DNA of 64,000 bases, from the NCBI GenBank assembly GCA_963713825.1, contig CAVQNG010000003.1, positions 864,001-928,000 of the forward strand, read 5' to 3'. This document shows positions 29,601-37,947 of the stretch, piece by piece. The position numbers and the translations under genes are program-made. Below the pieces are notes generated by a model that worked only from the letters and a program-made list of their open reading frames with translations, ran no database searches and was not told the origin of the DNA. The first letter of the stretch is position 1, and the number at the start of each line of letters is the position of its first letter. This stretch comes from an uncultured Acidobacteriota bacterium (lineage in GTDB: Bacteria; Acidobacteriota; Thermoanaerobaculia; Multivoradales; JAHEKO01).

Positions 29601-30208
29601 CACGAACTCCTTGTCCTGTCGTTGAGAGACCGATAGTCGGAGACGGGGCCGCTCTTCGGAGCCGCGGTTTCGGGGGCGTTCAAGGAGCGGCTGAGACCAC
29701 GGGCCGCGGGCTCGACCACGCGTTTCTGGACCACGTCCTCGCGAAGATCCCTGGCAGCTCGATGGGTGAGCTTGTCCAGGTAGGCGATTGCTAGCCGGGC
29801 CTCTTCGGTAGCGATCTCCACTTCGGCTGAGTGCTCTGGAGGAGCGGGCTCCTGACTCGGCATGAGGACCATGACCGCGAACAGGGCCGCAGCCGCGGTG
29901 GCGCCGACCGCGATCCAAGTGGGACCTGGTGCTCGAAAGAGGTCGAGCCATGACCGACGACGGGACTCGTTGCGTCGCATGGTTACCAGGACGGAGTCGA
30001 GAACGTGCTGCGGTGTGTCCAACTCCGGCAACCCGCGCAGCTCCTGCCTGATCTCGGTGGCCAGGCGAACCTGTCTGGCGCAAGCGGGGCAGATTTCGAG
30101 ATGCTCTTGAAGAGCCGTCGCCTCGGTCCGCTCGAGCTCTTTATCGACGAACGCCTCGATGCGAAGCTGGAGGTTCTGGCATTGAGTCTTGTCATCCGGT
30201 CGGGACAT
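29600..30208 (-). CDS. Membrane-anchored zf-HC2 anti-sigma factor
   Basis: HLEICPAC followed by a single TM helix; downstream of the ECF gene. Confidence 0.88.
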   Translation of the reverse strand: MSRPDDKTQCQNLQLRIEAFVDKELERTEATALQEHLEICPACARQVRLATEIRQELRGLPELDTPQHVLDSVLVTMRRNESRRRSWLDLFRAPGPTWIAVGATAAAALFAVMVLMPSQEPAPPEHSAEVEIATEEARLAIAYLDKLTHRAARDLREDVVQKRVVEPAARGLSRSLNAPETAAPKSGPVSDYRSLNDRTRSS

Positions 30209-30716
30209 GGTCGTACACCCTTCCTAGCTGCTTGCGGAGCCGTTGCCGTCCCCGGTGGAGATAGACCCTCACTGTGTTGAGGGGCATCTCGAGAATGTCG
30301 GCGATCTCTTGATACTTGAGCCCCTGGATCTCGCGCAGAATGAGGACACTGCGCATCGGTTCGTCGAGTTTGCGAAGTGCGGCCAGAAGGTGCTTTCGGA
30401 AATCACTGGCTTCCGCCTTCGCTCCCGGATCGGGGCGATCACTCGTCGCCTGGTTGGTGGCATGGCCTTCGGGATCCGGAACCATGTAGCGGGACGTGGA
30501 GCGTCTCTTGCGCAGGAGGTCGTAGCACGCATTCCGCGTCACTCTGGTGAGCCAAGGCTCCAGCCGCTCAGCGTCGAGCTTGTGCCAGTTCTGCCAGAGT
30601 CGAAGAAGAACTTCCTGCACGACATCCTCCGCTTCAGACGGGTTGCCCAGAAAGTAGTGGGCGAAGGAGAAGACCCTCCTCTGGTGTCTCGCCACCGCCG
30701 CCTCGAAACCCGTCAC
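30192..30716 (-). CDS. ECF RNA polymerase sigma factor (SigW-like)
   Basis: AEDVVQEV, WLTRVTRNACYD and LREIQGLKYQEIA...TVRVYLHRGR. Confidence 0.94.
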   Translation of the reverse strand: MTGFEAAVARHQRRVFSFAHYFLGNPSEAEDVVQEVLLRLWQNWHKLDAERLEPWLTRVTRNACYDLLRKRRSTSRYMVPDPEGHATNQATSDRPDPGAKAEASDFRKHLLAALRKLDEPMRSVLILREIQGLKYQEIADILEMPLNTVRVYLHRGRQRLRKQLGRVYDHVPTG

Positions 30717-30740
30717 CGTGAATTCGCACTCCTCTTGACC

Positions 30741-30768
30741 AGACGTAGGAGGCCCCGGGAAAGTTACA
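30741..30768 (-). promoter_or_regulatory. Autoregulatory ECF promoter TGTAAC-N17-CGTCT
   Basis: Directly upstream of the GAGGAG RBS and the ECF start codon. Confidence 0.7.
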
Positions 30769-30974
30769 CCCCGCCCGAGTTTCTCACCCTCGCGTGACGA
30801 AAGGTCCGTCCGGGTGGTCCGCAGGCGGACGGCGTCGGCTACTCAGACTGCAACGGGCAGGCCGCCACCTTGTCTCGTCATCGCGCCGGATCTCTTTGCC
30901 CTTCGATGGTCCTTGCGCTGCGCTCGACTCGGCACCCCCTGTCGAACCACCCGAACGAACCTCTGGCACCGGTG

Positions 30975-31012
30975 AGGGCAATAGGGGCGTAAGGGCCCAG
31001 GGGCTTAGGGGG
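30975..31012 (+). repeat. Degenerate 8-nt periodic repeat
   Basis: GGGCAATA GGGGCGTA AGGGCCCA GGGGCTTA GGGG; related to 8893-8930 (minus strand), 11820-11851 and 57436-57465 (minus strand). Confidence 0.55.
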
Positions 31013-31190
31013 AACAGCTCAACAGGGACTCTCCAGTGATGAAGAGGGTCCGGCGTGGGGACCTCCATGGGGGTTCTTGCAGCGGAAGGGAGGATAGCCC
31101 CCTGGGGGCCCCACGTCGGACCCCCGCACGATAGGTACCACAGCCCAGGACCCGGGTCCAAAGCCCCAGGACACTCTCGCGGGCATCCCC

Positions 31191-32252
31191 CTAGTCGTCG
31201 GGCTTTGGCTGAGGGGCGATATTGCGGGCTCGGAAGTCGTCGCGGGCCTTGCGGGCCATCACGTAGATCTCCTGGGGCATGAACGCCTCGGAGAAGTGGG
31301 CCGCGAAGGACTCGGCCTCTTCGGTCCAACCCTGCTTGATCGCTGGATCACTGAAGACATTGACCGTCAGGCCACGCTTCTGCATCTCGGCGATGGCGGC
31401 GGCGTCCTGGGCGGGGATCTCCACCTCGAAGCTCTTCGCTGCCTGCTGCGATACCGCCAGAATCTTCTGTTGGTCCGCGGGTGAGATCTTGCTCCAGCCA
31501 CGTTCAGTGATGACCGTGGCGCCGACCAGGGGGGCGATACCCAGGTCCAACATGTAGGGAGTCTGGCGATACCACTGCAGCGACAGCGCCGCCAGCGGCG
31601 TCGAGGGTACTGCCTCGATCATGCCGGTCTGCATGGCCGGCAGAGCATCGGTCAGGGCTAGCGGCACGGGTCGGTACCCGTTGTCCTTCCACCACGACAC
31701 GAGCCGATCGCTTCCCGCCCAGACGAAAAGCTTCAACCGCTTCAGATCCGCGACCGTGTTGACGGGCTCGGTGGCAAAGAGCTGGACCCATCCACCATGA
31801 CCCCAGTGCAGGAGGATGAAGCCCTTCGCCTCGAGCCGTTCCCGCAGGACCGGTTCGAGGCTGTCGAGAACGTAGAAGTACTCATCATAGGACTCATAGA
31901 ACAGCGGGATCGAGAAGACATTGAAGGCCTCGTCGATCTCGGCCAGCCCTGTCACCGTGATGGTGGCCGCCTGCAGCTGGCCGATGCGCATCTTGCGCAC
32001 GATGTCGGGATCGTCACCCGCGACACCACCCGGGTAGATCCTGGCGACGACGCGACCGTCGGTGACTGTCTTCCATTGTTCGGTCAGGTCCCGGAGCAAC
32101 ACACCCCAGACCGAGCGCTCGGGAACCAGGGTCGCCAGCTTGACGGTGGTAGGTCGCTGGGCGAAGACCGGCACGGCGAGACTCAGCAGAAGGCCGACCA
32201 GGGCAAAGCCGGGCAAGATGCGAAGGGCTATCGATCGTCGGGTAGTGCGCAT
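31191..32252 (-). CDS. TRAP transporter solute-binding protein DctP (TatP-like)
   Basis: KLATLVPERSVW, IYPGGVAGDDPDIVRKMRIGQL and DLKRLKL motifs; signal peptide. Confidence 0.88.
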   Translation of the reverse strand: MRTTRRSIALRILPGFALVGLLLSLAVPVFAQRPTTVKLATLVPERSVWGVLLRDLTEQWKTVTDGRVVARIYPGGVAGDDPDIVRKMRIGQLQAATITVTGLAEIDEAFNVFSIPLFYESYDEYFYVLDSLEPVLRERLEAKGFILLHWGHGGWVQLFATEPVNTVADLKRLKLFVWAGSDRLVSWWKDNGYRPVPLALTDALPAMQTGMIEAVPSTPLAALSLQWYRQTPYMLDLGIAPLVGATVITERGWSKISPADQQKILAVSQQAAKSFEVEIPAQDAAAIAEMQKRGLTVNVFSDPAIKQGWTEEAESFAAHFSEAFMPQEIYVMARKARDDFRARNIAPQPKPDD

Positions 32253-32371
32253 GACGAGCTCCTGGCTTCGATCGGGTCGTGTCAGGGGTCCGAGTGGCTC
32301 GATCATACTGCCTGGCGGCTTCGATCCCGAATGGGGGTTCTCACTTTCCACCGAGGGCACCTTGTCCGACG

Positions 32372-33154
32372 TCAGAGATCCTTCTCGTCGACGACCGGCT
32401 GGAAGCTGTTCTGGACCGCCGAGTGAAGGTCCTTGGCCAGGGTCTTCCGATCACCACCCTGGAACTGTCGATCACCGAAGGCGACCGTGGCGTCGATGCG
32501 GCGCAGCTTGAAGAACTCGAAAGCATGGGGGACGAACGAGGCCCCGCCCCACCAGCACACGGACAGGTGAGCGGGTTGCTCTCGCTCTGGAGTCCGGTAG
32601 CTCAGAGACGCGTATGAGACGGGCAGGTTGGATCGCGCTGCGGGCTCGAGGAGAGCGGGTCGGAAGGGCATCACAGAAGCACCGGAAGAGCTGGTCCCTT
32701 CGGCGAAGAGAATGACGCCCCGCCCGTGGCCGAGCTGTCGCTCGATCTCTCGCATCACGCCGGGGATCTGCCGCCGTATCTCGCGATCGATGAAGATGGT
32801 CTCCACCGATCGACAGAGAAAGCCGATGGCCGGCCAATCGGAGATCTCGGCCTTGGCCACGAAGACGCCTCCCACGAGACTGCCGAGGACAGCTATATCC
32901 ACATAGCCGAGGTGATTCGAGACCAGCAGGAAAGGGGCTTTGGGGGGGGCGCCTACAACATTGAGCCGTACTCCCAAAATGATCAACAGGCCTCGGGACC
33001 AGGTCTTGAGGATGAAGCTCTTCCACCGTGCTGCCAGGTGGGGAGACGCAAAAGTGAACAGGAAACCAAGGTGAAGGGTCACTTCGACGCCGAAGGTCCA
33101 GAGGCTGACCAACCCGATCTTGAGCGACGCCCGTAGCCACTTCATAAAGCTCAC
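32372..33154 (-). CDS. Lysophospholipid acyltransferase (PlsC/OlsA family)
   Basis: SNHLGYVD (NHxxxxD), FVAKAE, FIDR and FAEGT motifs. Confidence 0.92.
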   Translation of the reverse strand: MSFMKWLRASLKIGLVSLWTFGVEVTLHLGFLFTFASPHLAARWKSFILKTWSRGLLIILGVRLNVVGAPPKAPFLLVSNHLGYVDIAVLGSLVGGVFVAKAEISDWPAIGFLCRSVETIFIDREIRRQIPGVMREIERQLGHGRGVILFAEGTSSSGASVMPFRPALLEPAARSNLPVSYASLSYRTPEREQPAHLSVCWWGGASFVPHAFEFFKLRRIDATVAFGDRQFQGGDRKTLAKDLHSAVQNSFQPVVDEKDL

Positions 33155-33303
33155 ACCGAACCTCTCGCTGGGCCCTCGGAAGAGGCTCCGACCTCTCCCA
33201 AGAGCTTCTGCTATCGACGGCGACAGTTTACTCTGGCAACTTGGTCTTCGAGGGTTAAGTCTGATTCAATGGGGCAACATTCGGCCGACAGGAGGCAGCA
33301 CCG

Positions 33304-34938
33304 ATGAAGAAGGTCCGAGTCGCAAATTGGAACGAGCTCGAGGATCGCAAGCCGACCCATGCGCTGGTTGCCGGGGTCGATCTCGTCGTCACGCGCCTCG
33401 ATGCCGAGGTCTCGGTGCTCTATGGGCGTTGCCTGCATCGGGGGGCGCTGATGGCCGATGGCTTCGTTCGGGGAGAGGACCTGGTCTGTGGGGTCCACTT
33501 CTGGGATTATCAGACTCACTCCGGCATCAGCTCCTACAACCCCAAGGAGTGTCTGCAGAAGTTCGCAGCTTGGGTCGAAGAAGGCGGGGTCTGGGTAGAC
33601 GCTGACGAGATCGCAGCCTGGGAGCAGCGTAACCCACAGAACTTCGACCGCAACAGCTACCAGGGTGCCTACCAGGACCCCCACGGAACACCGGTAGAGC
33701 CCCATGTCCGCCTTATCCGGCAGCTAGCCGATGACGGGTTAGAGCAGCTGGGCCACCATGGACCGATGGCAGCGATGGGAGTTCCCTTGACGGAGCTGCC
33801 GAGCTGGGATGACCTCCAGTTCGTCACCGCACAGCTCGCTCGACTGCCGCAGCTCGACGAGGTTCCCATTGGCACCGAGTTGGTGATCGGCCCCAAGGCG
33901 GCAAAACCCCTGACGCTAGAGATTCCGATCTTCGTGTCGGACATGAGCTTCGGCGCCCTCTCTTTCGAGGCCAAAGTCGCCTTGGCGAAGGGGGCCGAGC
34001 TGGCTGGCACCGGCATCTGCTCGGGAGAGGGTGGCATGTTGCCCGAAGAGCAGGAAGCCAATAGCCGGTACCTTTACGAGCTGGCCTCGGCCCGTTTCGG
34101 ATTCTCGATGGACAAGCTCTCTGCCGTGCAGGCCTTCCATTTCAAGGGTGGGCAGGGGGCGAAGACCGGCACAGGCGGGCATCTGCCGGGCTCCAAAGTG
34201 CAGGGCAAGATCGCCAAGGTGCGAGGTCTCGAGGAAGGCGAGGCGGCCATCTCTCCGGCCCGCTTTCCAGGCTGGGAGAGTCTCGACGACTTCCGCGACT
34301 TCGCCATGCAGGTTCGCGAGGCTACCGGGGGTATTCCCGTCGGCTTCAAGCTCTCGGCGCAGCACATCGAGGAGGATCTGGATGCGGCATTCCAGATCGG
34401 GGTCGACTACGTCATCCTCGATGGCCGGGGCGGAGGCACCGGAGCGGCGCCCCTGATCTTCAGGGACAACATCTCGGTGCCGACACTGCCCGCCCTGGCG
34501 CGGGCCCGTCGGCATCTGGACCAGCGCGGCAAGAGTGGCGAGGTCACACTGATCATCACCGGAGGCCTGAGAACCCCGGCTGATCTCGCCAAGGCTCTTG
34601 CCCTGGGGGCAGACGGGGTCGCGGTCTCCAATGCAGCGCTTCAGGCCATCGGATGCCTGGGGATGCGCGCCTGTCACACCAACAACTGCCCCGTAGGTAT
34701 TGCGACCCAGAAGGAGCATTTGCGGGCCCGATTGCCCGTGGAGGAAGCGGCGCAACGACTGGGGAGATTCTTCTCCGCCTCCGTGGAGTTGATGGAGCTC
34801 CTGGCGCGCGCCTGCGGTCATACTCATCTGAACCAGTTTCGGATCGACGACCTGACGACCTGGAAACGAGAAATCGCCCTTCTTACCGGTGTCGATTTCG
34901 GTGGCGTCGTGCAGTTGTCCGAAGACGACGGGGTATAG
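33304..34938 (+). CDS. Rieske domain fused to a glutamate synthase FMN-binding domain
   Basis: Rieske CLH...CGVH; SDMSFGALS, SGEGG, QGAKTGTGGHLP, DGRGGGTGAAP and the 3Fe-4S motif CLGMRACHTNNCP. Confidence 0.92.
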   Translation: MKKVRVANWNELEDRKPTHALVAGVDLVVTRLDAEVSVLYGRCLHRGALMADGFVRGEDLVCGVHFWDYQTHSGISSYNPKECLQKFAAWVEEGGVWVDADEIAAWEQRNPQNFDRNSYQGAYQDPHGTPVEPHVRLIRQLADDGLEQLGHHGPMAAMGVPLTELPSWDDLQFVTAQLARLPQLDEVPIGTELVIGPKAAKPLTLEIPIFVSDMSFGALSFEAKVALAKGAELAGTGICSGEGGMLPEEQEANSRYLYELASARFGFSMDKLSAVQAFHFKGGQGAKTGTGGHLPGSKVQGKIAKVRGLEEGEAAISPARFPGWESLDDFRDFAMQVREATGGIPVGFKLSAQHIEEDLDAAFQIGVDYVILDGRGGGTGAAPLIFRDNISVPTLPALARARRHLDQRGKSGEVTLIITGGLRTPADLAKALALGADGVAVSNAALQAIGCLGMRACHTNNCPVGIATQKEHLRARLPVEEAAQRLGRFFSASVELMELLARACGHTHLNQFRIDDLTTWKREIALLTGVDFGGVVQLSEDDGV

Positions 34939-35005
34939 CCTGCGATGATTGCACTGCTCCGAACGGGTTGGACAGGTCTTGTGAGTGAGAAAGGAAGCTA
35001 CGCCC

Positions 35006-36994
35006 ATGGCTGAGGACGATACGAAGCCTACCGAAAACACGGGTCGCGTCTGGGAGAAGGCTCTGGACACCGAAGAGCTTGCAGAAGGTCGGGTTCAGGC
35101 GGTGACCTGCCGCCATCAGACGGTATGCATGACCCACTTCAAGGGCCAGTTTGCCGCCCTGGACAACGCCTGCCCGCATCAGGGAGGGCCGCTGGGCGAA
35201 GGTTCGATCGAGGAGGGTCTCCTGCGGTGCCCCTGGCATGGTTGGGATTTCGATCCTCTGACCGGCAAGGCTCCCGGCTTCGATGACGGCGTGGCGACAT
35301 TTCCCGTCGAAGTTCGCGAAGACGGCATCTACGTCGGATTCGACGAGGCCGAGACGCACGCGACGACCGTCTCGGATGTCATGGTGGAGACCATGGTCAA
35401 CTGGGGAATCCGTCATGTGTGGGGCATGGTCGGGCACTCGAATCTGGGGCTGGCGGACGCCGTGCGGCGGCAGACGAAGACGGGCCGCCTCGCCTACTAC
35501 GGAATCCGCCACGAAGGTGCGGCATCGTTCGCGGCATCGGCCTACGGCAAGCTCACGGGTCGCCCAGCAGCCTGCCTGTCGATCGCCGGACCCGGCGCGA
35601 CGAACCTGCTGACAGGGCTGTGGGACGCCCACGTCGATCGATCTCCCGTGCTGGCGCTAACGGGCCAGGTGGACACGCAGGTTCTGGGTCCGGGGGCTTT
35701 TCAAGAAGTGGACCTTTCGGCTGCATTCGGAAAAGTGGCGCAATGGAGCCAGCTGGTCCTGCAGACCAGCAAGCATGTCGAGCTCGTCAACTTGGGCCTG
35801 AAGAGCTCCATCCTGAATCGCGGTGTGTCCCACCTCATCTTCCCAGACGAAGTGCAGACCCTCGACGCACCCGAAGGCGTCGCGGCAGGTGGGCCGGAAG
35901 GTCGCATTCCGAAGCGTGAGATCATGCCGCCGGCTGAGTCCATTGAGAGCGCGTTGGCGCTCCTGGGTAGCTCGAAACGGCCAACGATCATCGTCGGACA
36001 CGGAGCCAGTTCTCATATGGAGCCTGTCCTCACGCTGGCGGAGAAGCTCTCCTGTCCGGTCATCACCACTTTCAAGGCCAAGGGGCTGATCTCCGACCAC
36101 CACCCTCTGGGCTGCGGCGTCCTGGGGCGCAGTGGCACCCCCATCGCCAGCTACTTCATGAACGAAGCGGACTGTCTCCTGGTTTTCGGTGCCAGCTTTA
36201 GCAACCACACCGGCATTACCCCAAAGAAGCCCACCATCCAGGTGGACTTCGACCCCATGGCGCTGGGCAAGTTCCACCAGGTCGAGGTACCGGTCTGGGG
36301 CGAGATCGGGGTCACCGCCGAGATCCTGGCCAGTTCCCTGCCGGACATCGTTCATGCCGAGAGTCAGCGCGAGTCGATCGCCGAACGTTGGGCGATCTGG
36401 CGCCAGGAGAAATCGAAGCGCATGGGCGAGGGCCGAGGCGAGGGAATCTCCTCGGCGGCTATCTTTGCCGCCCTGACGAGACAAGTAGCGGAGAACGCCA
36501 TCATCGCCGTGGACGTGGGCAACAACACCTACTCCTTCGGGCGTTACTTCGAATGCCAGGATCAGGCTGTTCTCATGTCCGGGTATCTGGGCTCGATCGG
36601 GTTTGCCTTTCCCGCTGCCATGGGTGCGTGGGCGGCAACCCAGGAAGAGGATCCCCGGTTTCAGGGCCGCCCGGTCGTCTCGGTCTCGGGTGATGGCGGC
36701 TTCGGCCAGTACATGGGCGAGCTCACCACAGCGGTCAAGTACGGCATGAACATCACCCATGTACTGCTCAACAACAGCGAGCTCGGCAAGATCTCGAAGG
36801 AACAGCGTGCCGGCAGCTGGGACGTGTGGCAGACGGATCTCCACAATCCGAACTTTGCCAGCTACGCTGAGCTCTGTGGCGCACTGGGTATTCGAGTCGA
36901 GGACGGCACCGAGCTCGACGAGGCCCTCGGTCGAGCTTTGGCCCACGAGGGGCCGGCCCTGGTGGAGATCATGAGCGATCCCGAGCTCATTTGA
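35006..36994 (+). CDS. Rieske domain fused to a ThDP-dependent pyruvate oxidase/acetolactate synthase-like enzyme
   Basis: Rieske CPHQ...CPWH; RHEGAASF, GPGATN and the ThDP motif GDGG-x24-NN. Confidence 0.92.
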   Translation: MAEDDTKPTENTGRVWEKALDTEELAEGRVQAVTCRHQTVCMTHFKGQFAALDNACPHQGGPLGEGSIEEGLLRCPWHGWDFDPLTGKAPGFDDGVATFPVEVREDGIYVGFDEAETHATTVSDVMVETMVNWGIRHVWGMVGHSNLGLADAVRRQTKTGRLAYYGIRHEGAASFAASAYGKLTGRPAACLSIAGPGATNLLTGLWDAHVDRSPVLALTGQVDTQVLGPGAFQEVDLSAAFGKVAQWSQLVLQTSKHVELVNLGLKSSILNRGVSHLIFPDEVQTLDAPEGVAAGGPEGRIPKREIMPPAESIESALALLGSSKRPTIIVGHGASSHMEPVLTLAEKLSCPVITTFKAKGLISDHHPLGCGVLGRSGTPIASYFMNEADCLLVFGASFSNHTGITPKKPTIQVDFDPMALGKFHQVEVPVWGEIGVTAEILASSLPDIVHAESQRESIAERWAIWRQEKSKRMGEGRGEGISSAAIFAALTRQVAENAIIAVDVGNNTYSFGRYFECQDQAVLMSGYLGSIGFAFPAAMGAWAATQEEDPRFQGRPVVSVSGDGGFGQYMGELTTAVKYGMNITHVLLNNSELGKISKEQRAGSWDVWQTDLHNPNFASYAELCGALGIRVEDGTELDEALGRALAHEGPALVEIMSDPELI

Positions 36995-37018
36995 CGTGAA
37001 TGCCGCTAGGCTCTGTCA

Positions 37019-37894
37019 GTGACAAGCGAAGGCAGGTCGACGGTGTGTCTGGCGGTATTGGTCGGTCTGTGGTTGGTCGGCGCGCTGGCCAGTGCGCAGG
37101 CAGCACCACCGGCGGTCGAGGTCGATTCCTTCCAGGGCACTGACTCTGCTTGGACTCTGGAGCACGATGTCGAAGCCCAGCGAGTGCTCGCTCGTCTGGA
37201 CGACGGCACAGAAGTGGTCCTGGAGATCGACTACGGCGGCCCGGAAGACGACAGGCATCTCGTAGGCATCACACCAATTCTTGCCGGGAAGCGTTTCGAA
37301 GGGGCCTTCTGGGGCTCGACGGCACCGTTGCTTTATCCGCAGCTCGACCCAGAAGAGCACCAGATCGAACGCCTGGACATCCGTGCGGAAGGTGCCGCTC
37401 TATGGGTGAGGTTCGTTGGGGGCAGTTACCAGATCCTCGACCCGGCGGGCCCTGCGGAACCCCTGTTCATGGAGGCGATCTTTCGCCGCCAGGACGATCG
37501 CCTCGTGGTGAACCTCTACGGCCTCTACTATCTACTACCGTCTCTGGCAAGCACCCGTATCGAGCTCGTGGTTGCTGGTGAGCGGTTGACCCGCACAGTC
37601 GAACCCGGTGAGCAGGAAGGAACCAGCCTGGTCTTCGATGGCTCCCAAGTCATCGCCACGGTCAGCGGTGCCGAGAGCCGGCACCTCGAGTACTTCGATC
37701 ACGTCACTCGGGTGGAGATCGACGACTCCCGTTTCGGGCGGATGATTCTCGAGACCTATGTAGAGAGGCTGCAACTGCAAGTGAGTCGACAGCCCGGCGT
37801 CGCCATGGAGCTGTTCGAGCTGGATTTCGATCACACGTTCAAGGATCGAGGACAGCGACGGGTCATGAGCCGTCTTTCGATCGAGCTGCGCTGA
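37019..37894 (+). CDS. Hypothetical secreted protein
   Basis: Signal peptide ending ASA; beta-rich 291 aa; TAGGCT-N6-GTG start. Confidence 0.65.
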   Translation: MTSEGRSTVCLAVLVGLWLVGALASAQAAPPAVEVDSFQGTDSAWTLEHDVEAQRVLARLDDGTEVVLEIDYGGPEDDRHLVGITPILAGKRFEGAFWGSTAPLLYPQLDPEEHQIERLDIRAEGAALWVRFVGGSYQILDPAGPAEPLFMEAIFRRQDDRLVVNLYGLYYLLPSLASTRIELVVAGERLTRTVEPGEQEGTSLVFDGSQVIATVSGAESRHLEYFDHVTRVEIDDSRFGRMILETYVERLQLQVSRQPGVAMELFELDFDHTFKDRGQRRVMSRLSIELR

Positions 37895-37947
37895 TCTCCG
37901 GGTGCTCTGCTATCTTGGTAGTCGACAAGAACCACAGGAGGGGCATC

